Below the pieces are notes generated by a model that was not told where the DNA came from, ran no database searches, and was given only the letters and a program-made list of their open reading frames with translations. 64,000 nucleotides of DNA, from positions 40,201-104,200 of the IMG/VR virus record IMGVR_UViG_3300028920_000694; one strand, given 5' to 3'. Shown piece after piece: positions 38,419-48,204 of the stretch (position 1 is its first letter; each line of letters opens with the position of its first letter). The translations under genes were made by a program, and so were the position numbers. The stretch comes from a virus.

Positions 38419-39843
38419 TTATTCATCACTTGTAGGTTGAATCTTGGGTTTCATTTCTCCACCCCAACTCAAATCATCTCCACCTTCTATTGGTGGTAAT
38501 CCAAATGCATCACGTATCTCATTTATGGTAACAGGTTTTTGTGGACTGAATTGGAATCCTCTCATTAAGTTGCCAAACCATTTAGCAAATCCTTCCTCAT
38601 CTCTAGTAGTAACTGACCTGAATTTCATATGAACTATATTCTTTTCAAATCCAGCCTCCTCTAGAAGTGGATTTATCAAATCTGTTCTTAATTTCGTAGA
38701 TATCTTATGTTGTAGTGCTCGAATAAATCTCTCATACATAATCTCCCTAACTGAAGATGATGCATCAGAAGAACTTCGAGTACTCATCCCGATTCCTTCT
38801 TCATTGACCATTAATCCAACAATTGCCTTCTTCTGGAACAGAGTTGCCTGTTGTTCAATTCCTGGAAGTCCACCTTCATCTATAGTATCCATTTTGATGA
38901 TTGCTGGAACTATATATTCATTCTTAGCAGTTACATCCTCTAAGTCATTCTTTATCTTGTCAAATACATCCTTTGGAGGTAATGGTTCTTCTTCTGTGCC
39001 TATAGTAACCACATATTTCCTTCCACTGTGCCTAATTGCAGTGTGAAATGATGCCTCATCAACACCAACCATTCTATCTATAGTATCCTTAGATGGACCT
39101 ATCAAAGAGATGTGATATGGTGAATTAGACTGTGGAAAGAACCCTATATGGATTATTTCATCTGTATCTAGAACTGGAGTTTTCCTTCCAGTGATATTTT
39201 GCTGATATCCAGTGATTTCACCTGTTTTCTTATCCGTAATTGCTTCCATAGTGATTGGATCTACTGTAATTACATAAGAAATGTATCCTTTTGGCTTATC
39301 TCCATTAGATTGCATAGTTTTCAGCTGTTCTAGTCTATTTTGGTAGTTTCTCTTCAATTCTGGATGCTTTGGTTTGTTACTGTTCTCTTGTAATTTGCTT
39401 TGAAGCCTAGAAATTGATGGAGCAATGTATTTTTCAACAGAATCCTCTTTCTTTCTGGTGGCCATGACCTTTTCCATAAATGAATCCCCAAATACAAGTG
39501 TATAAATAACATTATCAAATAGAATACCATCTATATCCATCTCATTAAATCTTGTTTCAATGAGTTTCTTGGCATCTTCATTCTCAGAAGATAGATGATA
39601 TCCTACCATCACAGTATTACTTGCAATGTTGTTTATAGAAGCAAATATAGTTCCTTCACCCTGATAATACTTCCAATAGTTCTGTAGAACTTTCTTATTC
39701 CTTTTGAATGGACTTATTCCCTTGAGACTAAATCCACCAGTTCCACCAACACTAACTGTTTTTTGAGTGCCATCAGAATTTAGATATATACTTCTTTTGC
39801 TTCCTAGTAATCTACTATTTCTAATAGAATCAACAATTCCCAT
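38419..39843 (-). CDS. Portal protein
   Basis: After TerL; DNVIYTLVFGDSFMEKV, TVDPITM, EIIHIGF, SPYHISLIGP, and terminal TINEIRDAFGLPPIEGGD. Confidence 0.92.
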   Translation of the reverse strand: MGIVDSIRNSRLLGSKRSIYLNSDGTQKTVSVGGTGGFSLKGISPFKRNKKVLQNYWKYYQGEGTIFASINNIASNTVMVGYHLSSENEDAKKLIETRFNEMDIDGILFDNVIYTLVFGDSFMEKVMATRKKEDSVEKYIAPSISRLQSKLQENSNKPKHPELKRNYQNRLEQLKTMQSNGDKPKGYISYVITVDPITMEAITDKKTGEITGYQQNITGRKTPVLDTDEIIHIGFFPQSNSPYHISLIGPSKDTIDRMVGVDEASFHTAIRHSGRKYVVTIGTEEEPLPPKDVFDKIKNDLEDVTAKNEYIVPAIIKMDTIDEGGLPGIEQQATLFQKKAIVGLMVNEEGIGMSTRSSSDASSSVREIMYERFIRALQHKISTKLRTDLINPLLEEAGFEKNIVHMKFRSVTTRDEEGFAKWFGNLMRGFQFSPQKPVTINEIRDAFGLPPIEGGDDLSWGGEMKPKIQPTSDE

Positions 39844-39862
39844 TTATAATCTTTTTCCTTAT

Positions 39863-40159
39863 CTACTTTTTATTAAATTTATCTTTTTTGATTCCTGATA
39901 ATGTAATATCTAGTGTAGTTACCTTTCGAGTCTCTCCAGATTCATCCTTAAACTCTTGAGTATCCACAATTATATTATATTTAGCATCATCCAGATATTC
40001 TCTAATCAGAATCGCCAATACATCCAATGCATTCTTATTGTTCTTGCCCCTAGATTGAATCTTTATCTCATTTGCCTTGCTTAGAGCAAAGAAACAGCCT
40101 GTGATGTAGTGTTTTATCTCCTTTGGACCTATAAATACTATGTTATTTGAGTTAACCAT
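39863..40159 (-). CDS. albA: Alba (Sac10b) nucleoid-associated protein
   Basis: NIVFIGPK...YI...EIKIQSRG.N..NALDV...IIVDTQEF..E.GETRKVTTLDITL is colinear with the Alba consensus. Start at ATG 40159 after a GGAGG SD. Confidence 0.85.
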   Translation of the reverse strand: MVNSNNIVFIGPKEIKHYITGCFFALSKANEIKIQSRGKNNKNALDVLAILIREYLDDAKYNIIVDTQEFKDESGETRKVTTLDITLSGIKKDKFNKK

Positions 40160-40169
40160 ACTTATCCTC

Positions 40170-41714
40170 CTATATTTTTGTGAATCTATATTTATTACTA
40201 ACATGTGGAACAGTTTTCTTTGCTGATACCATTCCTACAGCATCAGCCCAATTTATAGGTTTGTTTTCATCTTCTACCCTAGAAACTTGAATTGCAAAGG
40301 ATAATGAATCAATTGTATCCTCATGTGCTCCCCTAGGATAAGATGCTAATTCATCAATCCAGTCAACTAAATCTGGATTGAGAAACATTCTTCCTGTCTC
40401 AAATAGCTGAGACAAGACCTGCACTCTACCTAATTTATCATTAACCGATGAAGATTTCACTGGAATAATTGGATATCCAACCAATCTGTCCTGTAAATCC
40501 TCAACTACTATCTTTTGTGGTCCAACCTGTTCTATTCCTATTCTTGATACAGGTGCCCATTTCATAAATAATCTTCTAATTTCTTCAGATTGTGCATGTA
40601 GAGAGAGTCTATCTCTAAATCCATCAATCACATATATGAGTCCATCCTTAATTGCAGTCATTGTAATGGTGAAATAATCACCAGTTCCTTCTCTGGAAGC
40701 TAAATCTACCCCCATAAATATCTCATATGGTCTCTCTGGTAGCTTATATGCATCAGTAGATGCTTGAATCCACTCCCATTTGATTGGATTGTCCTCTCCA
40801 GAAACGAATTCATTCTGATATTGCATCATGAATGAGACATTTCCATAGTTTCTTCTTATTTTGCAGAGTTTCTCATAAGGCATCTTTTCTTTCCAGAGAA
40901 CTTCTGGCCTTTCTTCAGGTGGAAGTCTCTGAACATATGCTTTTATGGTATCCATATACTCTGTATCAGGTAAATTCTTCACCGATTCAACATAATTCCT
41001 TATTTTGTCTGATTCAGTAACAATTGCCTGATATTTCTTGCCTCGATAGTCTGGAATCTTCATTAAATAGGAATAAAGGTCAGCTTGGTGCCATCTGGTC
41101 CCAATAACGATGATTTTCTCGTATTTTCTCTTAGACATTCGATTATATGGCTCCAACATAGGCATAATCTCATTCTCGAACTGGAAAATGAGGTTTTTTC
41201 TCTGATTCTCTGTCTTACACTTCTCTTTGTCCACCACATCGTCTAGGATAATCATATCTGGATGAGATCCTACCATCCCACCAGTGATTCCAAGCACTTT
41301 AAGTGTCTCATCCTTCCTATTCTTGGATTTAGAAACAATTAATTTCTCATTTGACCATAATGCATTTCCTCTTTGCTGTCCAAATAGGTCAATTAACTTC
41401 TCATTGCCCTCTAGATTCCTCTTAATCTCCCTCATGATGCCATTTGCCATGTCTTGATTGATAGTTATGATGAGAACCCGTATATTTGGATCCTGAATTA
41501 TCTTCCAAGTGATGTATGCAGCCACCATAAAGGTTTTTCCATGTCCTCTAGGAGCAAGTAATAGATTAGTATTATATTTCTCAATAGACTCAATCCACTC
41601 TCTATGAAAATGTTTGTAGTCTAAATTAAGAATTTCAGTTACAAATGCACCGAAATCTCTTAAATATCTAATTTTATCCCTCATCTTGAGGAATTCTTCA
41701 CCAGCAGTTGCCAT
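40170..41714 (-). CDS. terL: Terminase large subunit
   Basis: Walker A APRGHGKT, Walker B IILDD, IGTRWH, nuclease motifs GVDLA/GDY, IEQV and HEDTIDSL. Confidence 0.97.
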   Translation of the reverse strand: MATAGEEFLKMRDKIRYLRDFGAFVTEILNLDYKHFHREWIESIEKYNTNLLLAPRGHGKTFMVAAYITWKIIQDPNIRVLIITINQDMANGIMREIKRNLEGNEKLIDLFGQQRGNALWSNEKLIVSKSKNRKDETLKVLGITGGMVGSHPDMIILDDVVDKEKCKTENQRKNLIFQFENEIMPMLEPYNRMSKRKYEKIIVIGTRWHQADLYSYLMKIPDYRGKKYQAIVTESDKIRNYVESVKNLPDTEYMDTIKAYVQRLPPEERPEVLWKEKMPYEKLCKIRRNYGNVSFMMQYQNEFVSGEDNPIKWEWIQASTDAYKLPERPYEIFMGVDLASREGTGDYFTITMTAIKDGLIYVIDGFRDRLSLHAQSEEIRRLFMKWAPVSRIGIEQVGPQKIVVEDLQDRLVGYPIIPVKSSSVNDKLGRVQVLSQLFETGRMFLNPDLVDWIDELASYPRGAHEDTIDSLSFAIQVSRVEDENKPINWADAVGMVSAKKTVPHVSNKYRFTKI

Positions 41715-41776
41715 ATTGATTTAAAGAAAGTCACATAATTTACATGAAAGGTTTAAAGTCCTATTCAGAAACTTAC

Positions 41777-41965
41777 CTATTCGTCAGTCCAGCCAACAAT
41801 GAAACCGAACAAAGCACCTAGGAATATGAATATTTCTTCCCATGCTAATGAAGAAACAAATCCCATATCACCAAAGATAGCTCCACCAATTCCACCGAAA
41901 GTTAAACCGATGACTGCACCTAAGAATGCTTTAGGTATTTTCTTTACTAAATCAACTTTTACCAT
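41777..41965 (-). CDS. Small two-TM membrane protein (holin-like)
   Basis: Two Gly-rich hydrophobic helices. Confidence 0.5.
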   Translation of the reverse strand: MVKVDLVKKIPKAFLGAVIGLTFGGIGGAIFGDMGFVSSLAWEEIFIFLGALFGFIVGWTDE

Positions 41966-42134
41966 TCTATCTTTTTCTATTCATCACATTAAATATACAT
42001 ACCTGTTTGTTTTTTACGAAATGTGTCCATCACTTGTTTGTTGTAGTAGATGAGTCACCTGGCATGATATCCATGTCATAAATAGACTCTTCATCGTTAT
42101 CATCGTTTAGAGTTCTTGTATTTATTTAAGAAGT

Positions 42135-42338
42135 TTAATCATTCCAGTGCTTTGTCATATTGGTTATTAAATGCAATATACCAATAGCTAGTGTTATGTA
42201 AGCAGCGTATTCAGGTGGAAACTCTTCAGTTTCCAGAAATCCAATAGCGTATGTTAGAGTGAAAGGTATTGCAGCATATGTAAGTCCAGTGAAGAACTTC
42301 TTTACAGAAATCTTCCAGTCAAATCCAGTTCCTGGCAT
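42135..42338 (-). CDS. Small two-TM membrane protein (holin-like)
   Basis: FDWKISVKKF, two hydrophobic helices, and a charged C-terminus. Confidence 0.5.
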   Translation of the reverse strand: MPGTGFDWKISVKKFFTGLTYAAIPFTLTYAIGFLETEEFPPEYAAYITLAIGILHLITNMTKHWND

Positions 42339-42383
42339 ATATCTCCTCCATTTATATCTATTTAAGAATCTACATAAGATACA

Positions 42384-42995
42384 TCAATTATCATTAGCTA
42401 TTTTAGTCATAAGAGCTTCAATTCTTTTGAGATATCCTTCTCTGCACTCATCACAAAGATCCTTTTCTATATCCATCAATTCATTTGAAAAGTTCAGCAT
42501 AAGCACCTTCACCTCTTTATCCTTCTTGAGGTTGATATCTCCTATATTTGAAACCTGTCTGATAGTGAACTGTTGTAGAGACTCCCAGTGCTTTCGTATC
42601 TCTTCAAATCTCTTTAATTCAGCTAGATTAGCCTTGACCATATCGTTGACATTGCCACTCTCTTCAGCTATCTTTCTGACTTTCTTGAAATCCTTCTCTA
42701 GCCTATGTAGAGATTTGATTATCTTGAGGATTGCATCATTATATTCACTCTGCATCACCTCTATGATATCTTCTTCACCTTTTTCAATAATCTGAGTCAG
42801 GTTCTTTTTGTCATATCCTTGGATGCCTCTTTTGATTGCCATGTGAGATAGAGGTTCTCCAAAAGTATCATATATCAAATCATGATGCCTTTCATTTAGA
42901 ATCTGGGCAGTGACTTCCCATCCATGTCCTTCCTTTCTAATCTCACTTGCTTCTTTTTCTAGCCCTAATTCTGCTAGTTTAGATTTTCTTGCCAT
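42384..42995 (-). CDS. terS: Terminase small subunit (putative)
   Basis: Upstream of TerL; N-terminal HTH-like region (RKSKLAELGLEKEA...HGWEVTAQIL...LSHMAIKR) plus a coiled coil. Confidence 0.65.
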   Translation of the reverse strand: MARKSKLAELGLEKEASEIRKEGHGWEVTAQILNERHHDLIYDTFGEPLSHMAIKRGIQGYDKKNLTQIIEKGEEDIIEVMQSEYNDAILKIIKSLHRLEKDFKKVRKIAEESGNVNDMVKANLAELKRFEEIRKHWESLQQFTIRQVSNIGDINLKKDKEVKVLMLNFSNELMDIEKDLCDECREGYLKRIEALMTKIANDN

Positions 42996-42999
42996 ATCT

Positions 43000-44255
43000 A
43001 CTCCAAAATAAGAATTTTGCCCACCATCACCCTCGGCTTAGCTTGCCTCTCCTGCTTGACATATGGTCGAATATGAAATCATATATTCTTTTCTATATAT
43101 CCTCAATCATATTATATGTTGGGGAGCAAGGTTTATAGATATATATATTTCTCGAAGGGAGTCAATGCATGCCTTTATATAGGGGTATTTCGTTATTCTG
43201 GCCTGAAACGGGTCTAGAGATCCAGTGGAAAAGTGAGCCTGTGAGGGCTGAAAGTGTGGCGTGGAGAGAGGGACAAGAGCGGGACAGAGGTAAGTATATA
43301 TCCATTTCGTTAATTTAGAATTTTTTAACTAAGCAGGTAATTGAAATATATTCCCCCTACATATCCCTCTTTATGTTTATATATAAGCCTGAAGATAAAT
43401 ATACCCCTGCCATCCATGAATTAATATATATTTAATTAGATAAATCTAATCCTACATGCTCAACTACATATATATCTGACCATGAATATATATCTACTTT
43501 TATAGAAGTAAGCCTATATAAATGAATCTATATTCCCCCCTGTATAGAAGCCTGTATATAGAAGCCTAAGTATAGAGATAAGTATATAATTCTCTAAATA
43601 TATAATTAATTTAATTCTATTTCCCTCTATATATCTTATACTATAATTCTATTTATATAAAGCCCGTAACATTAACCCCTCTATTTACTTTTATCTTATC
43701 TATTGAATATATTTATTTAACGCTATCTTTGACCCCTAGACCTAGACCCCTACTTTTATCTAGTGTTATACATATATATCTCTATTGTTACATTTGTTTG
43801 AATACAGCATTTTTATTTAGAACAGCCCTATAAATATATGCAGAACCCAGAATTTGAATATATCCATTTTTTGAGAATACCCCGAAATTTTGCCTGAGGA
43901 AGCCCATATATAGCCCATAGAAGCAATATCTTTTCTTAGCCTTATCGTTCTTAAGCCTAAGGTTTAGACCTCTCAGAATCGCTTATATGCAATCTTTGTT
44001 TGCATTTTGATTATTATCCCCCTCTATGAATATAATTGTTTTTGAAACAAATTGATTTATACCCCTAGACCCCTTATATCTATTCAGGTATTTATATATT
44101 AGAATAGAGATATTTATCAGATTGAAAAAAATATATAGAGGTATAAATTTAATTATACCCCTATACTTATTTTAGATATTGGTATTATTTTCCTTATTAT
44201 CTGTCCCTCTTTATTCTGTGTATAAAGTGTAATTATGTTATTCCTTGATTTATCT
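43000..44255. other. Long AT-rich non-coding region (candidate late promoter / pac / genome end)
   Basis: About 1.25 kb without a credible ORF, upstream of terS; TATA-rich, with short C-tract repeats (GAAGCC, GACCCCTAG) and repeat copy F. Confidence 0.55.
43872..44000 (-). repeat. Dispersed ~130-bp quasi-palindromic element, copy F
   Basis: The reverse complement has AGCGATTCTGAGAGG, then AAAAGATATTGC exactly 49 nt later, then CCTCAGGCAAAA and GGGGTATTCT, in register with copies C and D. Confidence 0.85.
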
Positions 44256-44261
44256 ATTTTC

Positions 44262-44468
44262 TTAATCATCTATTCTCTCTAATGGAATCAATATTTTCCC
44301 TGTTTTATCTATTATATTCCTATCAATTAGTGTTTTTGCTGTTCTACCATAAGACCCCTGTAAATTCCAACAATAGCCTGTTTTGATTAATTCGCTAAAT
44401 AGTTCTAATATTCCCCTATTTGATAAATTCCCTGTTTCATATTCGATGATTTTTGTTGTTAAATCCAT
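44262..44468 (-). CDS. Conserved phage hypothetical protein
   Basis: IIEYETG.L....LELFSELIKTG.CWNLQGSYGRTA..LI motif, common in tailed phages. Confidence 0.65.
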   Translation of the reverse strand: MDLTTKIIEYETGNLSNRGILELFSELIKTGYCWNLQGSYGRTAKTLIDRNIIDKTGKILIPLERIDD

Positions 44469-44469
44469 T

Positions 44470-44838
44470 TTAAATATACCCCCTTAATGATTCTTTGCTT
44501 ATTGGGGTGAATTCCTCTTGATTCTTTGCTTCCATTACTGTTCTAACTGCCTTCATTCTTTCGATATCTGCGACGAGAAACATAAACGCTAATTCTCTCT
44601 TAGAAAATTTTGTTTCGAACAGTTCTATAACTTGAGAATCTTTTACATGATTTCTTAATGTGTATTCCCCTATTGCTTCAAATCTCTCTTGTATTTCCTT
44701 TGTATTCACATCTACAGCGATATCTGTTCTCTTTAAATCATGGTTATATGCTCTATGCCTTTTAATATCCCTAGAAGGCACAGAAGCCTTTTTATTGGCT
44801 TCTGAATTGATTTTTTTCAATGTTTCTAAATCGTGCAT
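44470..44838 (-). CDS. Hypothetical protein
   Basis: SD present; shares the FSKREL motif with 44851..45123. Confidence 0.55.
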   Translation of the reverse strand: MHDLETLKKINSEANKKASVPSRDIKRHRAYNHDLKRTDIAVDVNTKEIQERFEAIGEYTLRNHVKDSQVIELFETKFSKRELAFMFLVADIERMKAVRTVMEAKNQEEFTPISKESLRGYI

Positions 44839-44850
44839 ATTTATCTACCT

Positions 44851-45123
44851 CTAGAATGGATTATTCATTTTTTGCACTAGTAAGAAGGTTAATTCTCTCT
44901 TTGAAAAGTGTTTCTCTATGTATTCCCCGAACTCTGAAGCATTAAAATCTTGCTTATTCGCATGTATACATGCTTCTTGAATCCTATTCATTAACTCAAT
45001 CCCTTCAGGTATTCGAAAAGCAGAATCCATATTTTCTTCTTCATGTGCATATGGTAAATTTATCTCATGTGTAACTATATTTCCTGCTTCTATTATATTT
45101 TCCTTTATTGTTTCTTTTTGCAT
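44851..45123 (-). CDS. Hypothetical protein
   Basis: GAGGTAG SD; shares the FSKREL motif with 44470..44838. Confidence 0.55.
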   Translation of the reverse strand: MQKETIKENIIEAGNIVTHEINLPYAHEEENMDSAFRIPEGIELMNRIQEACIHANKQDFNASEFGEYIEKHFSKRELTFLLVQKMNNPF

Positions 45124-45129
45124 TTTTAT

Positions 45130-46125
45130 CTACCTCATTTTATATATTTGTTTAATTGTGTATATCTCTAATCCTTTGACCTCTTATCATTGACCCCATA
45201 AAAGCCTAATTAGAAGCCCGTTAACCTGTGTCCAAAGATTGATTTTTTGCGTATCCGTTTAAGAGTTGTCAGGTATCCTCTTAAACCCGTTAAACCTGTG
45301 TTCCATATGGGATATTTACTTATATACTTATGCCTGTTTTTGATTGTTAATATACTTAAGTGAAAAACTTTAAATATAAATACTTACTATATACTAAGTT
45401 AAGGTTCATGCTTAACTTATCTATATAGATTAGTGGTGACTAGAGATATGAATATTAATATATTTAGAGTTAGATATAAAGCCTTATTTCAGGCATATCT
45501 AGAGGTATTTATATATTTCATTTTATATTCTCTCATTTATTCATTTAGATATATCTTCAGGCATAGATATTTTATACCCATCTATTTAAATTCAGACCCC
45601 AAGATATATATCCCTAGAGCATTTATATCCAGAGATTTATATATATTTGTTTTTACTTTAATTAATATATACTTAAGATATTATAGAACTAGTGATATAG
45701 ATTCAGATTTATATATAAGATTCTATAGAACAATAGATTTAGATTCTAATAGATATATAGATTTAGAATTATATAGAACTAGAGATATAAGTTTTACTAG
45801 AGATATAGATATATGTTATTTTATATAAGTGGTTCTATAGTAATACTTCTATGATAATACTACTATAATACTACTTATATATCTACCCCCCTATATAGTT
45901 CCCCCCCTTCTTTTACAAAATGCTGTGTATATCGTGATTAGATTTTTGAACTCAAAACTTTTTCTAAATTCTGATTCAAAATCTTTTGCAGATGGTGATT
46001 AGATTCCCTTACAAAAGAGGATGTAGATAGTGATTAGATATTTATATTCGATCAAAAATATAAAAGTCCAAGAATAGAATACCCAAAAGTATTTAAACAC
46101 ATAACCCTTACGGTATCTCAAAATT
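45130..46125. promoter_or_regulatory. Divergent AT-rich control region (candidate origin/early promoters)
   Basis: About 1 kb without a credible ORF between divergent operons. BRE-TATA-like GAAAAACTTTAAATA at 45362, direct repeat CCCGTTAA(A)CCTGTGT x2, iterated TATAGA/TAGATT units, and GTGATTAG x3. Confidence 0.6.
46085..46098 (+). promoter_or_regulatory. Archaeal BRE-TATA promoter of the early operon
   Basis: AAAAGTATTTAAAC about 40 nt upstream of the ATG at 46137. Confidence 0.65.
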
Positions 46126-46136
46126 AGGTGAAAAAT

Positions 46137-46346
46137 ATGGAAAAAGAAAACCAAAACCAAGAAGTAGAGGCTGTTGAGAAAGAAACATTTATTTGCACAG
46201 AGATGGATTTAAGAAAGGGAATTATGGGAGAGATAGTGAAAGAGATTCAGTTATTATCCTATAGTGGCTATGAAAAGATTGATAATATAATTAAAGAGGA
46301 ATTAAAGAAGTATTACATTGAGAAATTAAAGAAAGAGGTGAACTAA
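46137..46346 (+). CDS. Early hypothetical protein
   Basis: AGGTGA SD; first gene of a TAA-ATG-coupled operon. Confidence 0.6.
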   Translation: MEKENQNQEVEAVEKETFICTEMDLRKGIMGEIVKEIQLLSYSGYEKIDNIIKEELKKYYIEKLKKEVN

Positions 46347-46583
46347 ATGCAAACATATAAAACAACTGTGGTCTGTGATTGTGGAGAGGCAATTGAATTA
46401 GAGGTCTGTTTGATGAACGCATCTTTCTATGATGCTTGTGGAGGTGTAAAAACAGAATATAAGGTGATTAAAGAATCTTGTGAATGTTCAAAAGAAAATC
46501 TAACAGATAAAATCTGGAAACAGAATGTCTATGAGGAAAAAAATAAATTAGTTGAAGATGAATTAAAGCCAGAGGTGGATTAA
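46347..46583 (+). CDS. Early small Cys-containing protein
   Basis: CDCG...C; TAAATG junctions on both sides. Confidence 0.55.
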   Translation: MQTYKTTVVCDCGEAIELEVCLMNASFYDACGGVKTEYKVIKESCECSKENLTDKIWKQNVYEEKNKLVEDELKPEVD

Positions 46584-46742
46584 ATGGACAGATATACCAA
46601 ATCAGATATAACTAGACTAAAGAATCTTCTTTATCTTTATCGTGATTATATCATAACCAATCTAGCCACCAAAGAAACAATCACTAGTGTAATTGTAGAG
46701 GTTGATGAATCTATTGAGTTCTTAATTAAGGGGTTGGATTAA
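46584..46742 (+). CDS. Early small protein (52 aa)
   Basis: Fills the gap exactly between two TAAATG junctions. Confidence 0.55.
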   Translation: MDRYTKSDITRLKNLLYLYRDYIITNLATKETITSVIVEVDESIEFLIKGLD

Positions 46743-46973
46743 ATGAAGCCAATTACATTAGAACAAGCCAAGAAATTGACTAGAGGAACAATCCTTTATT
46801 GTATGATATGTGATAATGCAGATGGAACACCTCAGAGATGGAGAGTTAATGGAAAAGTCAAGAGATGGAAAAGGAATCCAGATAGGATAGAGATACCTAT
46901 TAAAAGAGGTTTATATGAATGCTATTATCTAACAAATGCAAACATTGATTGTTTTTCTTTGGAGGCTGATTAA
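46743..46973 (+). CDS. Conserved phage hypothetical protein
   Basis: NADGTPQRWRVNG..K.WKR.P....IP.K.GLY motif. Confidence 0.6.
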   Translation: MKPITLEQAKKLTRGTILYCMICDNADGTPQRWRVNGKVKRWKRNPDRIEIPIKRGLYECYYLTNANIDCFSLEAD

Positions 46974-47156
46974 ATGAGAGAAGAAAAATACATTCTCACT
47001 CTTTATTTACCTGATGACTATCCCCAGATGACTAAAACAGAAATCTTTGGGAAATTAATGAAGTCCACATCTAAACTATACAAAGAGGCAATAGACATAT
47101 CAATTACTGACTTATCTATACAGAGCAAGATAAATGAACATCTAGGAGGTGATTAA
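46974..47156 (+). CDS. Early small protein
   Basis: Translationally coupled ORF. Confidence 0.5.
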   Translation: MREEKYILTLYLPDDYPQMTKTEIFGKLMKSTSKLYKEAIDISITDLSIQSKINEHLGGD

Positions 47157-47327
47157 GTGAAATCTTATGACATTGTTGGATATATTGAAGAATCAGATAT
47201 ATATTGTCCTGAATGTGCTAAAGATAAATCTACCCCAATCTTTGCAGGTGATGAGTTCGAATGCAAACAGTATTGTGGAAATTGTTATACTGAATTAGAT
47301 GTTAATGTATATGGAGAGGATGATTAA
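47157..47327 (+). CDS. Early zinc-ribbon protein (56 aa)
   Basis: GTG start directly after TAA; CPEC ... CGNC. Confidence 0.55.
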   Translation: MKSYDIVGYIEESDIYCPECAKDKSTPIFAGDEFECKQYCGNCYTELDVNVYGEDD

Positions 47328-47744
47328 ATGGTCAAGAGAACAGTTGAAATAGATGATACACTAGAGGAAACAGTTGAGTGTGTAAAATATGACCTCAGAC
47401 ATGACTTTATTGATTATTTAAAGGAAAATCCAGAGATAGAGGACTTTGATGAATACTACAAAGATAGCGATATGATACATGAAATAGTTGATTCTGCTGT
47501 CCCGATATATTACTCTGAAATTGATGGACTTTACTACCTCTATGGTGATGAATTTGAGGAGGCATATCAAAATGCAGGGATTGGAGATGGAACAGAGGAT
47601 AATCACAGGCAAGTGACTATCTATTGCTATCTAGAGGAACAGGCATTTGACTACCTCAGGGAACTAGAGGATTTGTTTGATGAATTCGTTGATGAGAAAA
47701 ATGGTATAAAAAAGTTGATTAAAGAACTAGAGGAGGAGAATTAA
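47328..47744 (+). CDS. Ocr (T7 gp0.3)-like acidic DNA-mimic anti-restriction protein
   Basis: IHEIVDSAVPIYYSEI aligns with T7 Ocr IHMAADNAVPHYYADI; very D/E-rich, 138 aa, early operon. Confidence 0.7.
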   Translation: MVKRTVEIDDTLEETVECVKYDLRHDFIDYLKENPEIEDFDEYYKDSDMIHEIVDSAVPIYYSEIDGLYYLYGDEFEEAYQNAGIGDGTEDNHRQVTIYCYLEEQAFDYLRELEDLFDEFVDEKNGIKKLIKELEEEN

Positions 47745-47999
47745 ATGGTCAAGTGTCCTTATTGTGATGAAGAAATAACCTCATTAACTCATTTAGTGAG
47801 TGAGGGTTATACTGCATATGATGTTGTTTCTGGGAATATCGTTGAGGAGGAAATAAACCTTCAGGAATTCATAGATTCAACAAATGTATATCATTGCCCA
47901 ATTTGTTATATGTATCTATTTGATTATATCTCTGAATCAGACCTAAAAAAACTCTATGATGGAACACTAACACAGGAGGAATTTGATAAATATGTATAG
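47745..47999 (+). CDS. Early zinc-ribbon protein
   Basis: CPYC ... CPIC. Confidence 0.6.
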   Translation: MVKCPYCDEEITSLTHLVSEGYTAYDVVSGNIVEEEINLQEFIDSTNVYHCPICYMYLFDYISESDLKKLYDGTLTQEEFDKYV

Positions 48000-48130
48000 A
48001 GATACCTATCAATCATTAGAGAATTTGTTTGTAGATGTTGCACAGTTGATTCTTGATAATTACGGTGTTTCAATTGATGACTTACATGACATTCTAAAGG
48101 ACAGATTAGAATTAATTGACTAAACAGCCT

Positions 48131-48179
48131 AAGGTGAGGGGTTTCCTTGTTTTCCTCTCACCTAATCGTTTTTTTTTTT
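48131..48179 (+). terminator. Hairpin plus T10 terminator of the early + operon
   Basis: AGGTGAGG...TCTCACCT stem followed by TTTTTTTTTT. Confidence 0.65.
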
Positions 48180-48204
48180 GAATCTTATTTTTATTCAAGA
48201 TCAA

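Noticed and set aside
41745-42053. Plus-strand promoter-like GAAAGGTTTAAA driving ORF 41799-42053
   Set aside because: The ORF is the antisense shadow of a membrane-protein gene; the promoter match alone is too weak.
43195-43290. Seventh copy of the dispersed element
   Set aside because: It is GC-rich and phased, but I could not align the conserved blocks; left as a candidate only.
45433-45828. 131-aa ORF in the ORF track
   Set aside because: Low-complexity I/Y/R/F translation of iterated AT-rich repeats in a control region, with no SD; probably spurious.
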